Positions 10,471-20,235 of a DNA stretch of 64,000 nucleotides are shown in pieces. The number at the start of each line of letters is the position of its first letter. Position 1 is the first letter of the stretch. The DNA is taken from contig CBDANC010000014.1 in NCBI GenBank assembly GCA_965197425.1, positions 192,001-256,000 on the forward strand, in the 5' to 3' direction. A program made the translations under genes and the position numbers. The notes below the pieces were generated by a model. It worked only from the letters and a program-made list of their open reading frames with translations. It did not search any database and was not told where the DNA came from. Source of the stretch: Bdellovibrionales bacterium. Its GTDB lineage: Bacteria; Bdellovibrionota; Bdellovibrionia; Bdellovibrionales; JAUICD01.

Positions 10471-10916
10471 TTGCTGTTAGTTTGGTATCTGGCTTTTACT
10501 TTGCGTTTAAAAGTCAGGTGTCATTTTCAAATGACAATATAAGTACACAAATTGTATCGGCTTCTGTTAGTAAACCAGGTCGTGTTTTGAACATGTGGTT
10601 TGAAAAAAAAGTAGGATGGAGAGAGAGACTAGGGTTTAAGGGTACGGTAGAAAAATTGATTTTAAACCTGGATGCTAAGGTTGCTATGGAAAATGTTAAG
10701 CTTAATTTTGTTTTAGTAAAAAACACAGAAATTATTAGCACTAACATTCCGGATCAAGTTACTTTGATTCCAGATAAGATCTTGGAATTTGAAATATCAA
10801 TTGAAAGAAGCGAAGATCTTCACCTGATATTAAGAGCACGTGGCTTATTGCCGGATAAACCAGATAAGATGGTCTATTTAGGTACAGCTCATTTCTACCA
10901 TAACACTGACGGTTAA
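10455..10916 (+). CDS. Hypothetical exported protein
   Basis: N-terminal hydrophobic segment. Overlaps the end of the peptidase gene. Confidence 0.6.
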   Translation: MSRFLIAVSLVSGFYFAFKSQVSFSNDNISTQIVSASVSKPGRVLNMWFEKKVGWRERLGFKGTVEKLILNLDAKVAMENVKLNFVLVKNTEIISTNIPDQVTLIPDKILEFEISIERSEDLHLILRARGLLPDKPDKMVYLGTAHFYHNTDG

Positions 10917-11064
10917 TAGATTTAAAAACCTGACTTTCTTTAAAGGAATTACTTTAAAAAATTGATGCTATATGCAAAAAATTAAAAATACTAAACTAGG
11001 TTTAAAAAATCTTGTACTTACTTGCAGGTAGGCCATACAAAATGAAAATCGAACAGTAGGTGTA

Positions 11065-12921
11065 TTGAGTAGGTGTGTTGTGAGTAACCAAAATGGAAAT
11101 TCAAATAGTCATGGCCTAAGTTGGATTATAGGCGCAGGTATTGTTGGTGCTGACATTGGCACGTCTGTGTTCTATAGCACTGGATTGATGTTCCCCTATG
11201 TTGGGTATTTATCCCCATTATTTATTTTATTTGTATGTCTAATGATGTGGGCATTTAAAAGAACTTATGAAGAAGGCATGGCCTTAAGTCCTCACAATGG
11301 CGGTGCTTATAGCATGATTTTAAGAAGTGTGGGCAGAAGGACTAGTGTACTTCCTGGAGCATTAACTGTTTTGACTTATCTAGCAACTGCTGCCGTGAGT
11401 GCTTTGTCTGGGGCATTTTATCTTTCTTCTTTGGGATCATTTGTTCCAATACAGCAGGTTGTGCTAATTGCCGCTATCCCAATTATATTATTTGGCATTT
11501 TAAACACGAAGGGAATCAAAGAACCTGCAAAACTTGTTACTGTGATAACAGGATTACACTTTTCTTTGCTGGCGCTTATTATTTTGCTTGGTTTAGGTTT
11601 TATTGTGTTTAGGTGGAGTGATGTAGATTTTGGAAAAATGAGCAAAATAACAGTGGATACTAATCTAACCTTTGCGATGTTGATGCATGGTTTTGCTGGA
11701 GCGTTCTTAGGTATTACTGGTTTTGAGTCAGCAGCACAAATTTTTGAAGAACTAAAAGCCCCTGCTCTTAAAACATTACGGTACTTATATAAGGCAGTAA
11801 TTATTTTAGTTTCCATTACCGCACCTTTAATTTCGTTTATGTGTCTTAGTATTTTATCAGAGCAAGAAATAATCGATAACAGAGAATATCTCGTAGCATC
11901 TTTGGGTTATAAAATTGGTGGGAACTTTCTAAAGCATGTAGTGGTATTCGATGCAGCACTTACTTTGTTTGCTGCTGTTAACACAGCGTTTGTTGGTTTT
12001 ATAGGTTTGGCTGCCACCATGGCAAAGCAAGGTAATCTGCCACAAAAGCTACTGACTAGATGGGATAATAAGTATCCTTGGATAGAAGGATACCCTCATA
12101 TCGCTTTGTCTTTTATGTGTTTGGCTCTTTTTATGATTTCAGTTGTACCTGGAAATGTTGACACTTTAGCAAAAGTTTATGAGATGGCTTTTTTATGCGT
12201 AATGTGTAGCTTTTGTGTTGGCGTCATTTTAATGCGAAACAAAAAGCAGGGGAAGAGAGTTCCAAAGCCCTTTTTAAGTGATGTATTTATTGTGTTTAAC
12301 AAAAAAATTCCTATTATTCCTGTGATCTCATGCGTGGTTTTAACAATAGCATTTTTAACATTAGTGGTATTTGCTAACACTGAATCTAGAATTATGGGAA
12401 TAGAGATGTTTCTAGGTATAGTTTTAATAATGGCCTTCTACAGGTGGGGTGTCTTAGAAAGCCGGCTAGAAAATAAGTCTGATTTTGGCTTAGGCCTGGG
12501 TATTTATTCTAACCACTCTAAAATAGAGGAAGTATCAAAGGATTTACCAAAGTATGTAACTTGTGTTGGGGCAACTAGACCCAGACATCTTATAACAAAA
12601 TCCATAAACTATGTTATTAAACAGAATAAATTAAAACCCTTTGAGATGATCTTGTTCCATGTGGATGAGAGAGGAGAGGGTTTTGTTTATTCCGCTTTAC
12701 AGAGAGTGATTTTGCAACAAATTGTACCGGTTTACAGAAATAGGGATATTTTAATTACCCTAAAAACACTACCTGATGAATTAATTGAGGGTCTCCAGAC
12801 TCTTAAAAGAAAAAACAAAATAAACAAGATAATGATAGGAAGAAGTGGCACACTAGAAGGCTCAGAGAAATTAGCAAAAGAAATTTATAAAGAACTTCAA
12901 ATAGAAGTTGTACGTATTTAA
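11065..12921 (+). CDS. APC-superfamily permease with C-terminal soluble domain
   Basis: About 12 hydrophobic segments, GADIGTSVFY in TM1, NGGAY, TGFESAAQ. Soluble tail of ~150 aa. Substrate unknown. Confidence 0.85.
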   Translation: MSRCVVSNQNGNSNSHGLSWIIGAGIVGADIGTSVFYSTGLMFPYVGYLSPLFILFVCLMMWAFKRTYEEGMALSPHNGGAYSMILRSVGRRTSVLPGALTVLTYLATAAVSALSGAFYLSSLGSFVPIQQVVLIAAIPIILFGILNTKGIKEPAKLVTVITGLHFSLLALIILLGLGFIVFRWSDVDFGKMSKITVDTNLTFAMLMHGFAGAFLGITGFESAAQIFEELKAPALKTLRYLYKAVIILVSITAPLISFMCLSILSEQEIIDNREYLVASLGYKIGGNFLKHVVVFDAALTLFAAVNTAFVGFIGLAATMAKQGNLPQKLLTRWDNKYPWIEGYPHIALSFMCLALFMISVVPGNVDTLAKVYEMAFLCVMCSFCVGVILMRNKKQGKRVPKPFLSDVFIVFNKKIPIIPVISCVVLTIAFLTLVVFANTESRIMGIEMFLGIVLIMAFYRWGVLESRLENKSDFGLGLGIYSNHSKIEEVSKDLPKYVTCVGATRPRHLITKSINYVIKQNKLKPFEMILFHVDERGEGFVYSALQRVILQQIVPVYRNRDILITLKTLPDELIEGLQTLKRKNKINKIMIGRSGTLEGSEKLAKEIYKELQIEVVRI

Positions 12922-13090
12922 AAGTCTTACTAACGAGGCGAAAAACAAGGAGGCTATGCCTACTCTGGTTCAATTGGCTTACGGGATAAACCTTTATATT
13001 TTCCAATTGAATGAACCTCCTTGCGGTCGGTTCTTTTGCTGAGTGGTTGCCCAGCTTCTCACCACGATGCAGATCTCATCACACTCGTTG
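12922..13090 (-). repeat. Dispersed repeat family composite copy (inverted)
   Basis: Reverse complement contains GCATCGTGGTGAGAAGCTGGGCAACCACTCAGC and GTAGGC-ATA-GCCTCCTTGTTTTTCGCCTCGTTAGTAAGAC. Confidence 0.75.
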
Positions 13091-13138
13091 ATACTACTTG
13101 TGCAGGGCCCAAAATGGTGGCATACCAATGTGTTATAT

Positions 13139-13215
13139 GGTGGCTGTAGCTCAGTTGGTAGAGCGCAGGATTGTGGTTCCTGTGGCCGCGGGTTCGATCC
13201 CCGTCAGCCACCCCA
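13139..13215 (+). tRNA. tRNA-His(GTG), including G-1
   Basis: G-GTGGCTGTAGCTCAGTTGGTAGAGC, CAGGA-TTGTGGT-TCCTG, GTTCGATCC, ends CCCCA. Confidence 0.97.
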
Positions 13216-13288
13216 ATTGAAAAAAATCCGAAGACTTTTAGTACCTTGGGTTGTATATTATGAAACTGTGTCAAAACGTATTTAGACT

Positions 13289-13439
13289 GGGCAATTTTCA
13301 GTTTCAGTGAAGACCTTAGTCACTCCTGTCGTATTACACCTTACAGAGCTGGGCAACCCTGATACTGAAAGTACCTTGGCTACACTTGTACTCTGTACTG
13401 CATTTCGCCAAGGCAACTTTCAGTTTCAGTGAAGACCTT
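13289..13439. repeat. Mini-array of three 27-29 nt repeats separated by two 33-nt unique spacers
   Basis: 13289-13317 GGGCAATTTTCAGTTTCAGTGAAGACCTT; 13351-13377 GGGCAACCCTGATACTGAAAGTACCTT; 13411-13439 AGGCAACTTTCAGTTTCAGTGAAGACCTT. Confidence 0.75.
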
Positions 13440-13542
13440 TATTGTAAATTTGTTAAACAAAAATTTTACTATTTAAAAAATAAAAAAGTATGTTATTTTT
13501 CTGGATCGAATTCTTTTTAATCTATAAGGAAAATAATTCAAC

Positions 13543-14289
13543 ATGTATTTAAATTTAATTGGCAATAGATTCATTTGTGTTAAATTTTGGACGAAGTTGA
13601 TAATAACAGCTGTTTTTATATCAAATACAACTGCTGTAGCTAGCAACTGGTTACTACAAACCATAGATCAGGATGAGTTATCAGATTGTAAGGATGCCCT
13701 TAGAAATAACCTAACACATACAAATCAGAATGATGCCAGTGCTGATTTATCTGATGTATCTAGAGAAGATCTCAATCCAGAGGGGACTGGGCCAGAACTC
13801 AATAAATACCTAGAGTTACTCAATGAATCTTATTCTATTACAAGTGGTAATGAATTGTTATTCTATGCAATTGAAGAGGAAAATGTACGTTTAGTGAAAT
13901 TGGTAGTAGGTGCTCCAAAAACAAACCCTAACGAAAAAGACGAACAAAAAAATACACCTCTTATTTTGGCTGCTAAGTCAGGCAACGAAGAAGTAGTGAG
14001 AGCTTTGCTAAATAGCAATAAAAAGATCAAAGTAAATAAAGTAGACAATAATGGGTACTCAGCAATTATGTGGGCTGCTAGTTTAGGGCATCGCAAGATA
14101 ATTGAATTACTGTTGGAAGAAACAACGATACTATTGTTTACACAAACGGCAAATGAATCAGCCTACTATTTATATTTCAACTTTTTTAATTCATTACCAA
14201 AAAGTAGTAAGACAATAGAGCAACTATCTATGCTCAAAAGACTAAATAGGCTTCATTATAGTCAGTTAAGAAATGGTCAAGGTATTTAG
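13543..14289 (+). CDS. Exported ankyrin-repeat protein
   Basis: TPLILAAKSGNEEVVRALL and GYSAIMWAASLGHRKIIELLL repeats. N-terminal hydrophobic segment ending AVA. Confidence 0.88.
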   Translation: MYLNLIGNRFICVKFWTKLIITAVFISNTTAVASNWLLQTIDQDELSDCKDALRNNLTHTNQNDASADLSDVSREDLNPEGTGPELNKYLELLNESYSITSGNELLFYAIEEENVRLVKLVVGAPKTNPNEKDEQKNTPLILAAKSGNEEVVRALLNSNKKIKVNKVDNNGYSAIMWAASLGHRKIIELLLEETTILLFTQTANESAYYLYFNFFNSLPKSSKTIEQLSMLKRLNRLHYSQLRNGQGI

Positions 14290-14310
14290 TTACAAAATTG
14301 TCTATGCTTT

Positions 14311-14625
14311 TCATATGTTTTTTTCTGTACACGTATCACAGTTTTCTGTTTCTGAATTACATATATTAGTAAGGTCGAAAGCTGTTTCACCAATATTTTC
14401 TTTTAAGACATCGGCTGTACATTTAGCTTGTTTTAAAAACTTCTCACTTCTAAGATAGTCTAAACTTTCCTTAGAAAATTGTGTGGCTTCTTTAGTTATG
14501 TCTCTTTTTCCTATGTAGTGTAAAAGATGATCCTCTACAGTTTCGCCTTTGACATGCAGTTGTGAAAGTGCCGTTAGTACACATGCCAGAACAAAACATT
14601 TAGCTACAAAAAATAATTCTCTCAC
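14311..14625 (-). CDS. Hypothetical protein with N-terminal membrane anchor
   Basis: 104 aa ORF, hydrophobic N-terminus. Confidence 0.6.
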   Translation of the reverse strand: MRELFFVAKCFVLACVLTALSQLHVKGETVEDHLLHYIGKRDITKEATQFSKESLDYLRSEKFLKQAKCTADVLKENIGETAFDLTNICNSETENCDTCTEKNI

Positions 14626-14754
14626 CTAAAATACATTCCTTTTTAAACTAAGGTAACATGTAGTTGATCGACATAAATGATAAGAATATAAAATATATTA
14701 GTAGTGGCTTTCTTTATTTGCACAAGTTAGTATCTGGACACTTTAGTTTTTGGC

Positions 14755-15396
14755 ATGGAAAAAGAAACATACAGCTTTAAAATATTTTCGTTTTTAGTAG
14801 GTGCTACCAGCGGATTAAATGCATATTTCATAATATTAGGCGTTCTATTATTATGTGGTCTGGGTTTACCCATACCAGAAGATATAACTTTGGTGTCTGC
14901 AGGATATTTGGCAGGCATTGGGAAAATATCATTTGTTGGAGCAAATATAGTATGTTTCGTAGGTGTGTTAATCGGAGATGTTATATTGTTTAGTATTGGA
15001 CGAAAATGTGGTTATTCTGTGTTAAGTTGGCCCGTTTTTAAGAGGGTGTTTTCCCAAAAACGTATAGATAAAGCATTTGACAGAGCTAGGAAAAGGGCAA
15101 GGATAATATGTTTTGCCGCCAGGTTCATGCCTGGACTAAGAGCTTGTATATATCTCTCCTGTGGCATAGTTGGGGTACCTTTTAGAGTATTCATTCTGCA
15201 AGATAGTTTGGCAGCCCTCTTGAGCGTTCCTTTTTTTGTGTGGGTTGGATTTAAATTTCACAACAAGATAGATAACATGTTTGATTTGTTAAAAAACACA
15301 CAACATTACATAATAATTCTGGCTGTCTTGGTGTTGGGGTTCGTAGTATTTAAAATATTAAAGAGTAGGTCTACTCCTCAAGATCAGAGCCAGTAA
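14755..15396 (+). CDS. DedA family membrane protein
   Basis: GLPIPEDITL, GD...F.IGR and ARFMPGLR motifs. Confidence 0.93.
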   Translation: MEKETYSFKIFSFLVGATSGLNAYFIILGVLLLCGLGLPIPEDITLVSAGYLAGIGKISFVGANIVCFVGVLIGDVILFSIGRKCGYSVLSWPVFKRVFSQKRIDKAFDRARKRARIICFAARFMPGLRACIYLSCGIVGVPFRVFILQDSLAALLSVPFFVWVGFKFHNKIDNMFDLLKNTQHYIIILAVLVLGFVVFKILKSRSTPQDQSQ

Positions 15397-15790
15397 CAAT
15401 CAACTCTTTTAAGTAGCTGATAGATTCCTCTGAAATGTTAACCTCACCCATTTGCCAGTACTCTGATTCCTCATCCATCTTTTTTTCTAATGTAGTAGAA
15501 CCTTTTAACCTCAAAGAGGTGTCTTCAAATGTATCATCAATTTCTATAGGATGATTAAATTTGTACTCAAAAAATACTCTGATTTTGGACTCATCTATAC
15601 TTTCGGACCTAAAGTCATAAAACTGAATATCAGAGGCATTAGGCGAATTCTCTCTTATGTATCCATCAATGAAATCCTCTAAACCACGTTCCACATCGTT
15701 ATAGTCCTGCCAATCTAAATTGGAGAAATTCTGCCATTCCCAAGAAAATGCCATAAGTGCTAGTAATAAAGCAGGGCCTATTGTGTTCAT
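15371..15790 (-). CDS. Hypothetical acidic exported protein
   Basis: AAGGAG RBS, signal-like N-terminus. Confidence 0.65.
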   Translation of the reverse strand: MNTIGPALLLALMAFSWEWQNFSNLDWQDYNDVERGLEDFIDGYIRENSPNASDIQFYDFRSESIDESKIRVFFEYKFNHPIEIDDTFEDTSLRLKGSTTLEKKMDEESEYWQMGEVNISEESISYLKELIVTGSDLEE

Positions 15791-15799
15791 AAATCTCCT

Positions 15800-16129
15800 T
15801 TAATGCAGGTACCTTTTTTTAATTATTGAATCTACAAAATTTTCTCTCAATTCCGAAGAATGCAAATGCTCATACTCTGACCAAAGCTTTAGCTTAGATT
15901 CTAACTCCTCTCTAGCATTAACAATAGACTCATACTTATGGGGGCTAAAAGATATTGAGAACATCACTCCTTTGGAGCTACTTATTTTAACCCTAGCAAC
16001 ACAATCCGGGCTTTTTCTCTTACTACTTTTATCATCATCTATGTCTATCTCAAGATTACTGCCCAGGGGCAGATCTAGACCAACAAACTGTTGGTATAGG
16101 CTTGCTCTAATGTCTTTTTCTTCTTTCAC
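15800..16129 (-). CDS. Hypothetical protein
   Basis: 109 aa ORF co-oriented with, and 9 nt upstream of, the next gene. Confidence 0.6.
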   Translation of the reverse strand: MKEEKDIRASLYQQFVGLDLPLGSNLEIDIDDDKSSKRKSPDCVARVKISSSKGVMFSISFSPHKYESIVNAREELESKLKLWSEYEHLHSSELRENFVDSIIKKRYLH

Positions 16130-16447
16130 AAAACCCTCTATATTAATCCGTAAACCCTATCAACAAAACATCATGACCAAAAATAGTGGCTCACAGAAAT
16201 ACTCGTAATTAAATCAGTATAAGTCAAGACCTACCAACGCTTAGAAACATAGAATAAAACCAATAAAGTTACAAGCAAAACAAAGCTAGTAGGATTTAAA
16301 CATTTTGCTTCGCCCATTGATTATACACCACAAACACTATGGTATAACTTTTTTTGTTTTAAACTATAGGTCCAGCACTAATGTTTAAAAAAAATACGCT
16401 TTACAAGCGCTGTATATGTAGTTAATTCACGTCTAGAAGTCTTTCTT

Positions 16448-17317
16448 GTGAACAAAAACCAAATCATCTATGGTTGGTTTATGAAATTTGTTTTAAACCC
16501 AATACGATTGCTCCCTTTGGTTGTACTTTGTATTTCCATTTATGGCTCTGTTTTTGCCAATACATTCGAAAAATCACATTTTGTTTCAAATGATAGTGGT
16601 TCTGAAGAGCTTTTTTTGGCAACCTTAAAAGGTGACACAGAGAAAGTCGAAAGGCTTTTGAAAAGACCTTTTATAACTGTGGATGTAAATTATAAAGTTG
16701 GACCAGGAACTACTCCTATGATGGTAGCCAGTGCGAAGGGTTTTACAGACATAGTGGAACTCCTGCTCGATAGATATTACAAATTTCTAGTGCTAAGAAC
16801 AAGAAAAGCTGATGTAAACCTGCAAGATGATATGGGCAGAACAGCACTAATGTACGCAAGTATGTACGGTTACTCAGATATTGTGTCCCTACTCCTAGAT
16901 CAAGATGAAATAAATGTTAATGTTAGAGATGACGAGGGCAGAACCGCATTAATCTATGCAAGCACACTTGGTGCACGTTTTACAACACCTAACTTCGCTT
17001 CTACTGTTTTGAAAGCGGAAAAAATTAGAATTATAAACGAGCTCATAAGCCATGATGGTGAGGTCAAGATTGATGTAAACATACAAGACAACCTGGAGTT
17101 AACAGCACTTATGTATGTAGTCTTAGAAGGCGAATTAAAAGAAGCGGTAGAAATGCTACTCAATCACAAAGATACCAACACCCAACTTAAAAATACTGAT
17201 GAGAACACAATCTTTGATTTTGACATGGATTACAATCCTGAAGTACTCGAACTACTAAATAAACACCTGAGGAAACAAGTGTCCCGCCGGAGCCTAATAA
17301 CAAGACTTGTAGAATAA
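16448..17317 (+). CDS. Exported ankyrin-repeat protein
   Basis: Repeated DVN.QD..GRTALMYAS..G..DIV.LLL units and a signal peptide ending VFA. True start may be 16481. Confidence 0.9.
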   Translation: MNKNQIIYGWFMKFVLNPIRLLPLVVLCISIYGSVFANTFEKSHFVSNDSGSEELFLATLKGDTEKVERLLKRPFITVDVNYKVGPGTTPMMVASAKGFTDIVELLLDRYYKFLVLRTRKADVNLQDDMGRTALMYASMYGYSDIVSLLLDQDEINVNVRDDEGRTALIYASTLGARFTTPNFASTVLKAEKIRIINELISHDGEVKIDVNIQDNLELTALMYVVLEGELKEAVEMLLNHKDTNTQLKNTDENTIFDFDMDYNPEVLELLNKHLRKQVSRRSLITRLVE

Positions 17318-17394
17318 CAAGTTTTTTTCACCCTATTCCAATCACCACGAATCTCTAACACCGAAAACTAGTTGAAAAAATTACCATGTAAAAA

Positions 17395-17522
17395 TGTCTC
17401 ATTTTGAGTCATTTTTAGGAAATTTTTTCACAAAATGAGACACTTTTACTACCCTTAATATCATATAACTATCTGAATTTATTATATATTTTTGATTTAC
17501 AAACTTTGGCCCTGTTTTTTCA
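17395..17522 (+). promoter_or_regulatory. Putative sigma-54-type promoter region with two upstream palindromic sites
   Basis: TGTCTCA-TTT-TGAGTCA (17395-17411) and TTTCACA-AAA-TGAGACA (17426-17442), an AT-rich spacer, then TGGCCCTGTTTTTTCA (GG-N10-TC, imperfect -12) just before the S41 gene. Confidence 0.45.
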
Positions 17523-17534
17523 TACCAATGGGGT

Positions 17535-19121
17535 ATGAGGTTTCCCCTACTTATTTGTATGCTTTTGCTTTTAGGCCCTATGCCCTTTGCTTCTAATGAG
17601 CAAAATTCTATGTCAAAACACTGGCAGGCTACTTCTTTTAATTTAGAGAGTTTGTACGAGATAGTAAATACTGAGGTTTGTTATAGCGACAGAGTTAGTT
17701 TTTTCGGCTGTTTAGCTGCCTTAGAGCAGGTTGTAATGCAGAGGAGGGATTCTAGCAACATAAGGCTTGTATTTGATACACCCGTTGATAGCTTGGATCA
17801 AATACAGGTAAAGAGACTAGCGGTAGAAAGACATAAGAGTATGGCTAGTATTCTTGCTAGTCACACGAAACAACACAAAAAGAAGATTTCTTATTGGAAT
17901 AAGTTATACAAGCATAAGTACGGAATAAATTTTGATCTCGTATTGATTGATATTATTAATTCTGCAAATCAAAACGAGAATGAACAAGAGTTAATAGCAG
18001 ACTTAATTAATGGGTTTTTATCATCTGCGTATTCACCTCATGATCACATATTACCTGAAACCATGGCTTTGGAAGAGGATCAAAATTTTATAGGCATTGG
18101 TGTAATACTAAAGGCAATAAACAACAATTTGTTTGTACTTAAAACTCTTAAAGATTCTCCAGCAGATATTGCTGGGCTGAGAGGCGGAGATGTAATAGAC
18201 AAAATCCAGGGAAAGCATGTACGCAGTATGAAACTTAGAGAATTAAATAACGCAATTACTGAGTTAAATAGTAATATGGTAGAAATTGAGTTTTATAGAG
18301 ATAATAAATTGCATTCCACCGTCATACAAAAGACCTTGATCTCACCTTCAAATGTAACCAGTAAAGTTATAAATGATGAGTATGGAACTTGGGGGCTTAT
18401 TAAGATAAATGACTTTATGACCAGCGATACCTGTAATGCTGCCGAGTCATTAATGTACAACTTGTTTGCAAAACACAGTGATCTTTCTGGGTTTATACTG
18501 GATCTAAGAGATAATCAAGGTGGTCTTGTTATGCAAGCAATTTGTGTTGCAGATCTTTTTGTTCCAAAAGATCTAATGCTTTTAGAGATAAGGCCAAATG
18601 ATCCTTTGGATGATTCAATATACTATGAATCTAAATTAGACCCTATTGTGGATACACCGCTTGTAACGCTGGTAAATTCTGGCTCCGCAAGTGCTGCTGA
18701 AATTTTAGCAGGCACATTAAAAGACCATGGCAGATCGATTTTAATTGGAGAACAAACTTTTGGTAAAGGTAGTGTAATGCGTGGTGTGAATTTATTAACT
18801 AACGAAGATATATTATACTACCAAACATTTGCTTTGATGTACTTTCCGTCTGGTGCAACAAACCATATAAAGGGAATTATGCCAGATTATATACTGGACA
18901 ATTATACAAACAAGTATTCTTTTAGAGAAAGAGATTTGTTTTTCTATAAATATACTGACTTAAACCATGACATTAACTACAACCACAATAGTATAAGTTC
19001 ATATAGAGGAGTATTAGGTAATTACTACTCAGATTGTTTGACGAAGCTCAAGCATGAGAATATAAACTCCTCTGAGAACGCTTCAAGCTATATGTTGGGT
19101 TGTATGAATGAACCAAGATAA
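17535..19121 (+). CDS. S41 family tail-specific protease (PDZ)
   Basis: FIGIGV, SPADIAGLRGGD, DLRDNQGG, SASAAEI, TFGKG. Signal peptide. Confidence 0.92.
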   Translation: MRFPLLICMLLLLGPMPFASNEQNSMSKHWQATSFNLESLYEIVNTEVCYSDRVSFFGCLAALEQVVMQRRDSSNIRLVFDTPVDSLDQIQVKRLAVERHKSMASILASHTKQHKKKISYWNKLYKHKYGINFDLVLIDIINSANQNENEQELIADLINGFLSSAYSPHDHILPETMALEEDQNFIGIGVILKAINNNLFVLKTLKDSPADIAGLRGGDVIDKIQGKHVRSMKLRELNNAITELNSNMVEIEFYRDNKLHSTVIQKTLISPSNVTSKVINDEYGTWGLIKINDFMTSDTCNAAESLMYNLFAKHSDLSGFILDLRDNQGGLVMQAICVADLFVPKDLMLLEIRPNDPLDDSIYYESKLDPIVDTPLVTLVNSGSASAAEILAGTLKDHGRSILIGEQTFGKGSVMRGVNLLTNEDILYYQTFALMYFPSGATNHIKGIMPDYILDNYTNKYSFRERDLFFYKYTDLNHDINYNHNSISSYRGVLGNYYSDCLTKLKHENINSSENASSYMLGCMNEPR

Positions 19122-19722
19122 TAATAGCAATAAAGAATTAGAGTTTGTTTTAAACAACTCCTGTCCCATAAAAGTTTTGTGTTCTTGGAAAGAAGACATA
19201 GAGCTCCTTAATTTAAATGAGCCGGATGCGGCTTGTTTAGTCACCTCAAGTATCAAACCTTCCGCACGAATAGTCTTAATAAAAGACATTTTGGAAAAGG
19301 GGCTTGTGTTTTTTACTAACTACAATAGTAAAAAAGCAAAAGACATAGATCAAAATCCTAATGTGGCTGTTCTATTTTATTTTGACAGCCTTCAAAGGCA
19401 GGTAAGGGTAGAAGGAATTTGTGAAAAAACCAGTAGTAAGTTATCAGATACTTACTTTGCGTCCCGTCCTTATGAAAGTCAAATTTCAGCATTGGCATCC
19501 ATGCAGAGTTCTGTTTTAAACAGAAAAAAAGATTTAGAAGATACTATCTTAAGATTAAAACTGAAATATCCCAAATCTGTTCCAAGACCAGATATCTGGG
19601 GTGGGTTTGTTATAAAACCAGAATATTTTGAATTCTGGATCAGAGGCAAGAACAGAACCCATGACAGAGTATGTTTTCAAAAAAACAACTCGGGGTGGGA
19701 AAAATTTTTGTTACAGCCATAA
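19108..19722 (+). CDS. pdxH: Pyridoxine/pyridoxamine 5'-phosphate oxidase
   Basis: PSARIVLIK, FFTNYNSKK, RQVRVEG, YFASRP, WGG, EFW...R.HDR, LQP. Confidence 0.95.
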   Translation: MNQDNNSNKELEFVLNNSCPIKVLCSWKEDIELLNLNEPDAACLVTSSIKPSARIVLIKDILEKGLVFFTNYNSKKAKDIDQNPNVAVLFYFDSLQRQVRVEGICEKTSSKLSDTYFASRPYESQISALASMQSSVLNRKKDLEDTILRLKLKYPKSVPRPDIWGGFVIKPEYFEFWIRGKNRTHDRVCFQKNNSGWEKFLLQP

Positions 19723-19732
19723 AAAATAGTAC

Positions 19733-20197
19733 TTGTCTATTGAACATAAACTGTGGTTTTCATTTTCTATGAAGATTAGAGTAATAACATTATCAGAAAA
19801 AGAAGAAATCACAAACTTTGAAAAAAACAAACAAAACCTAACTCCAACAGAACAAATTTTTGCAAACTGGAATAGCAGTACAAGATCAGAGTTTTTAGAT
19901 CATTATCTACCACTTGGATGGAGTATGGGGATATGGGATGAAAATGGAGATTTAAAGGGTTTTTTCCTAGCACAAGTTATATTATTTTATAGGGGCAAAA
20001 TGCAATGCCTGCATATAGAGCATATATCTTATACTGATGAAAAGATTTTTGATATACTACTAGATACAGCATACAAATGTGCAAAGGAGAAGCATCTTCA
20101 AAATTTGATCCTCGCGGGAACTAACCATGACAAAATAAAATATAAACACACTAGGGATGAGTATATAACCATACCATTACGAAACAGTAAAATTTAA
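19733..20197 (+). CDS. Hypothetical protein (possible GNAT-like fold)
   Basis: Operon-like position. LKGFFL...LHIEHI pattern gives only weak support for the fold. Confidence 0.6.
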   Translation: MSIEHKLWFSFSMKIRVITLSEKEEITNFEKNKQNLTPTEQIFANWNSSTRSEFLDHYLPLGWSMGIWDENGDLKGFFLAQVILFYRGKMQCLHIEHISYTDEKIFDILLDTAYKCAKEKHLQNLILAGTNHDKIKYKHTRDEYITIPLRNSKI

Positions 20198-20235
20198 CAA
20201 CACATTAAACTTAGTAAGCACACTAGAGATAAATT

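Noticed and set aside
13241..13268. dif site (TGTATA-TTATG core)
   Set aside because: The XerC arm and the outer XerD arm do not match; only 11 nt agree.
13043..13285. ORFs 13043-13285, 13059-13274 and 6594-6782
   Set aside because: They overlap tRNA genes or repeats and are chance frames.
13289..13439. Bona fide CRISPR array
   Set aside because: Only three repeats, the middle one has an inverted core, and no cas gene is in the window. Reported as a repeat array instead.
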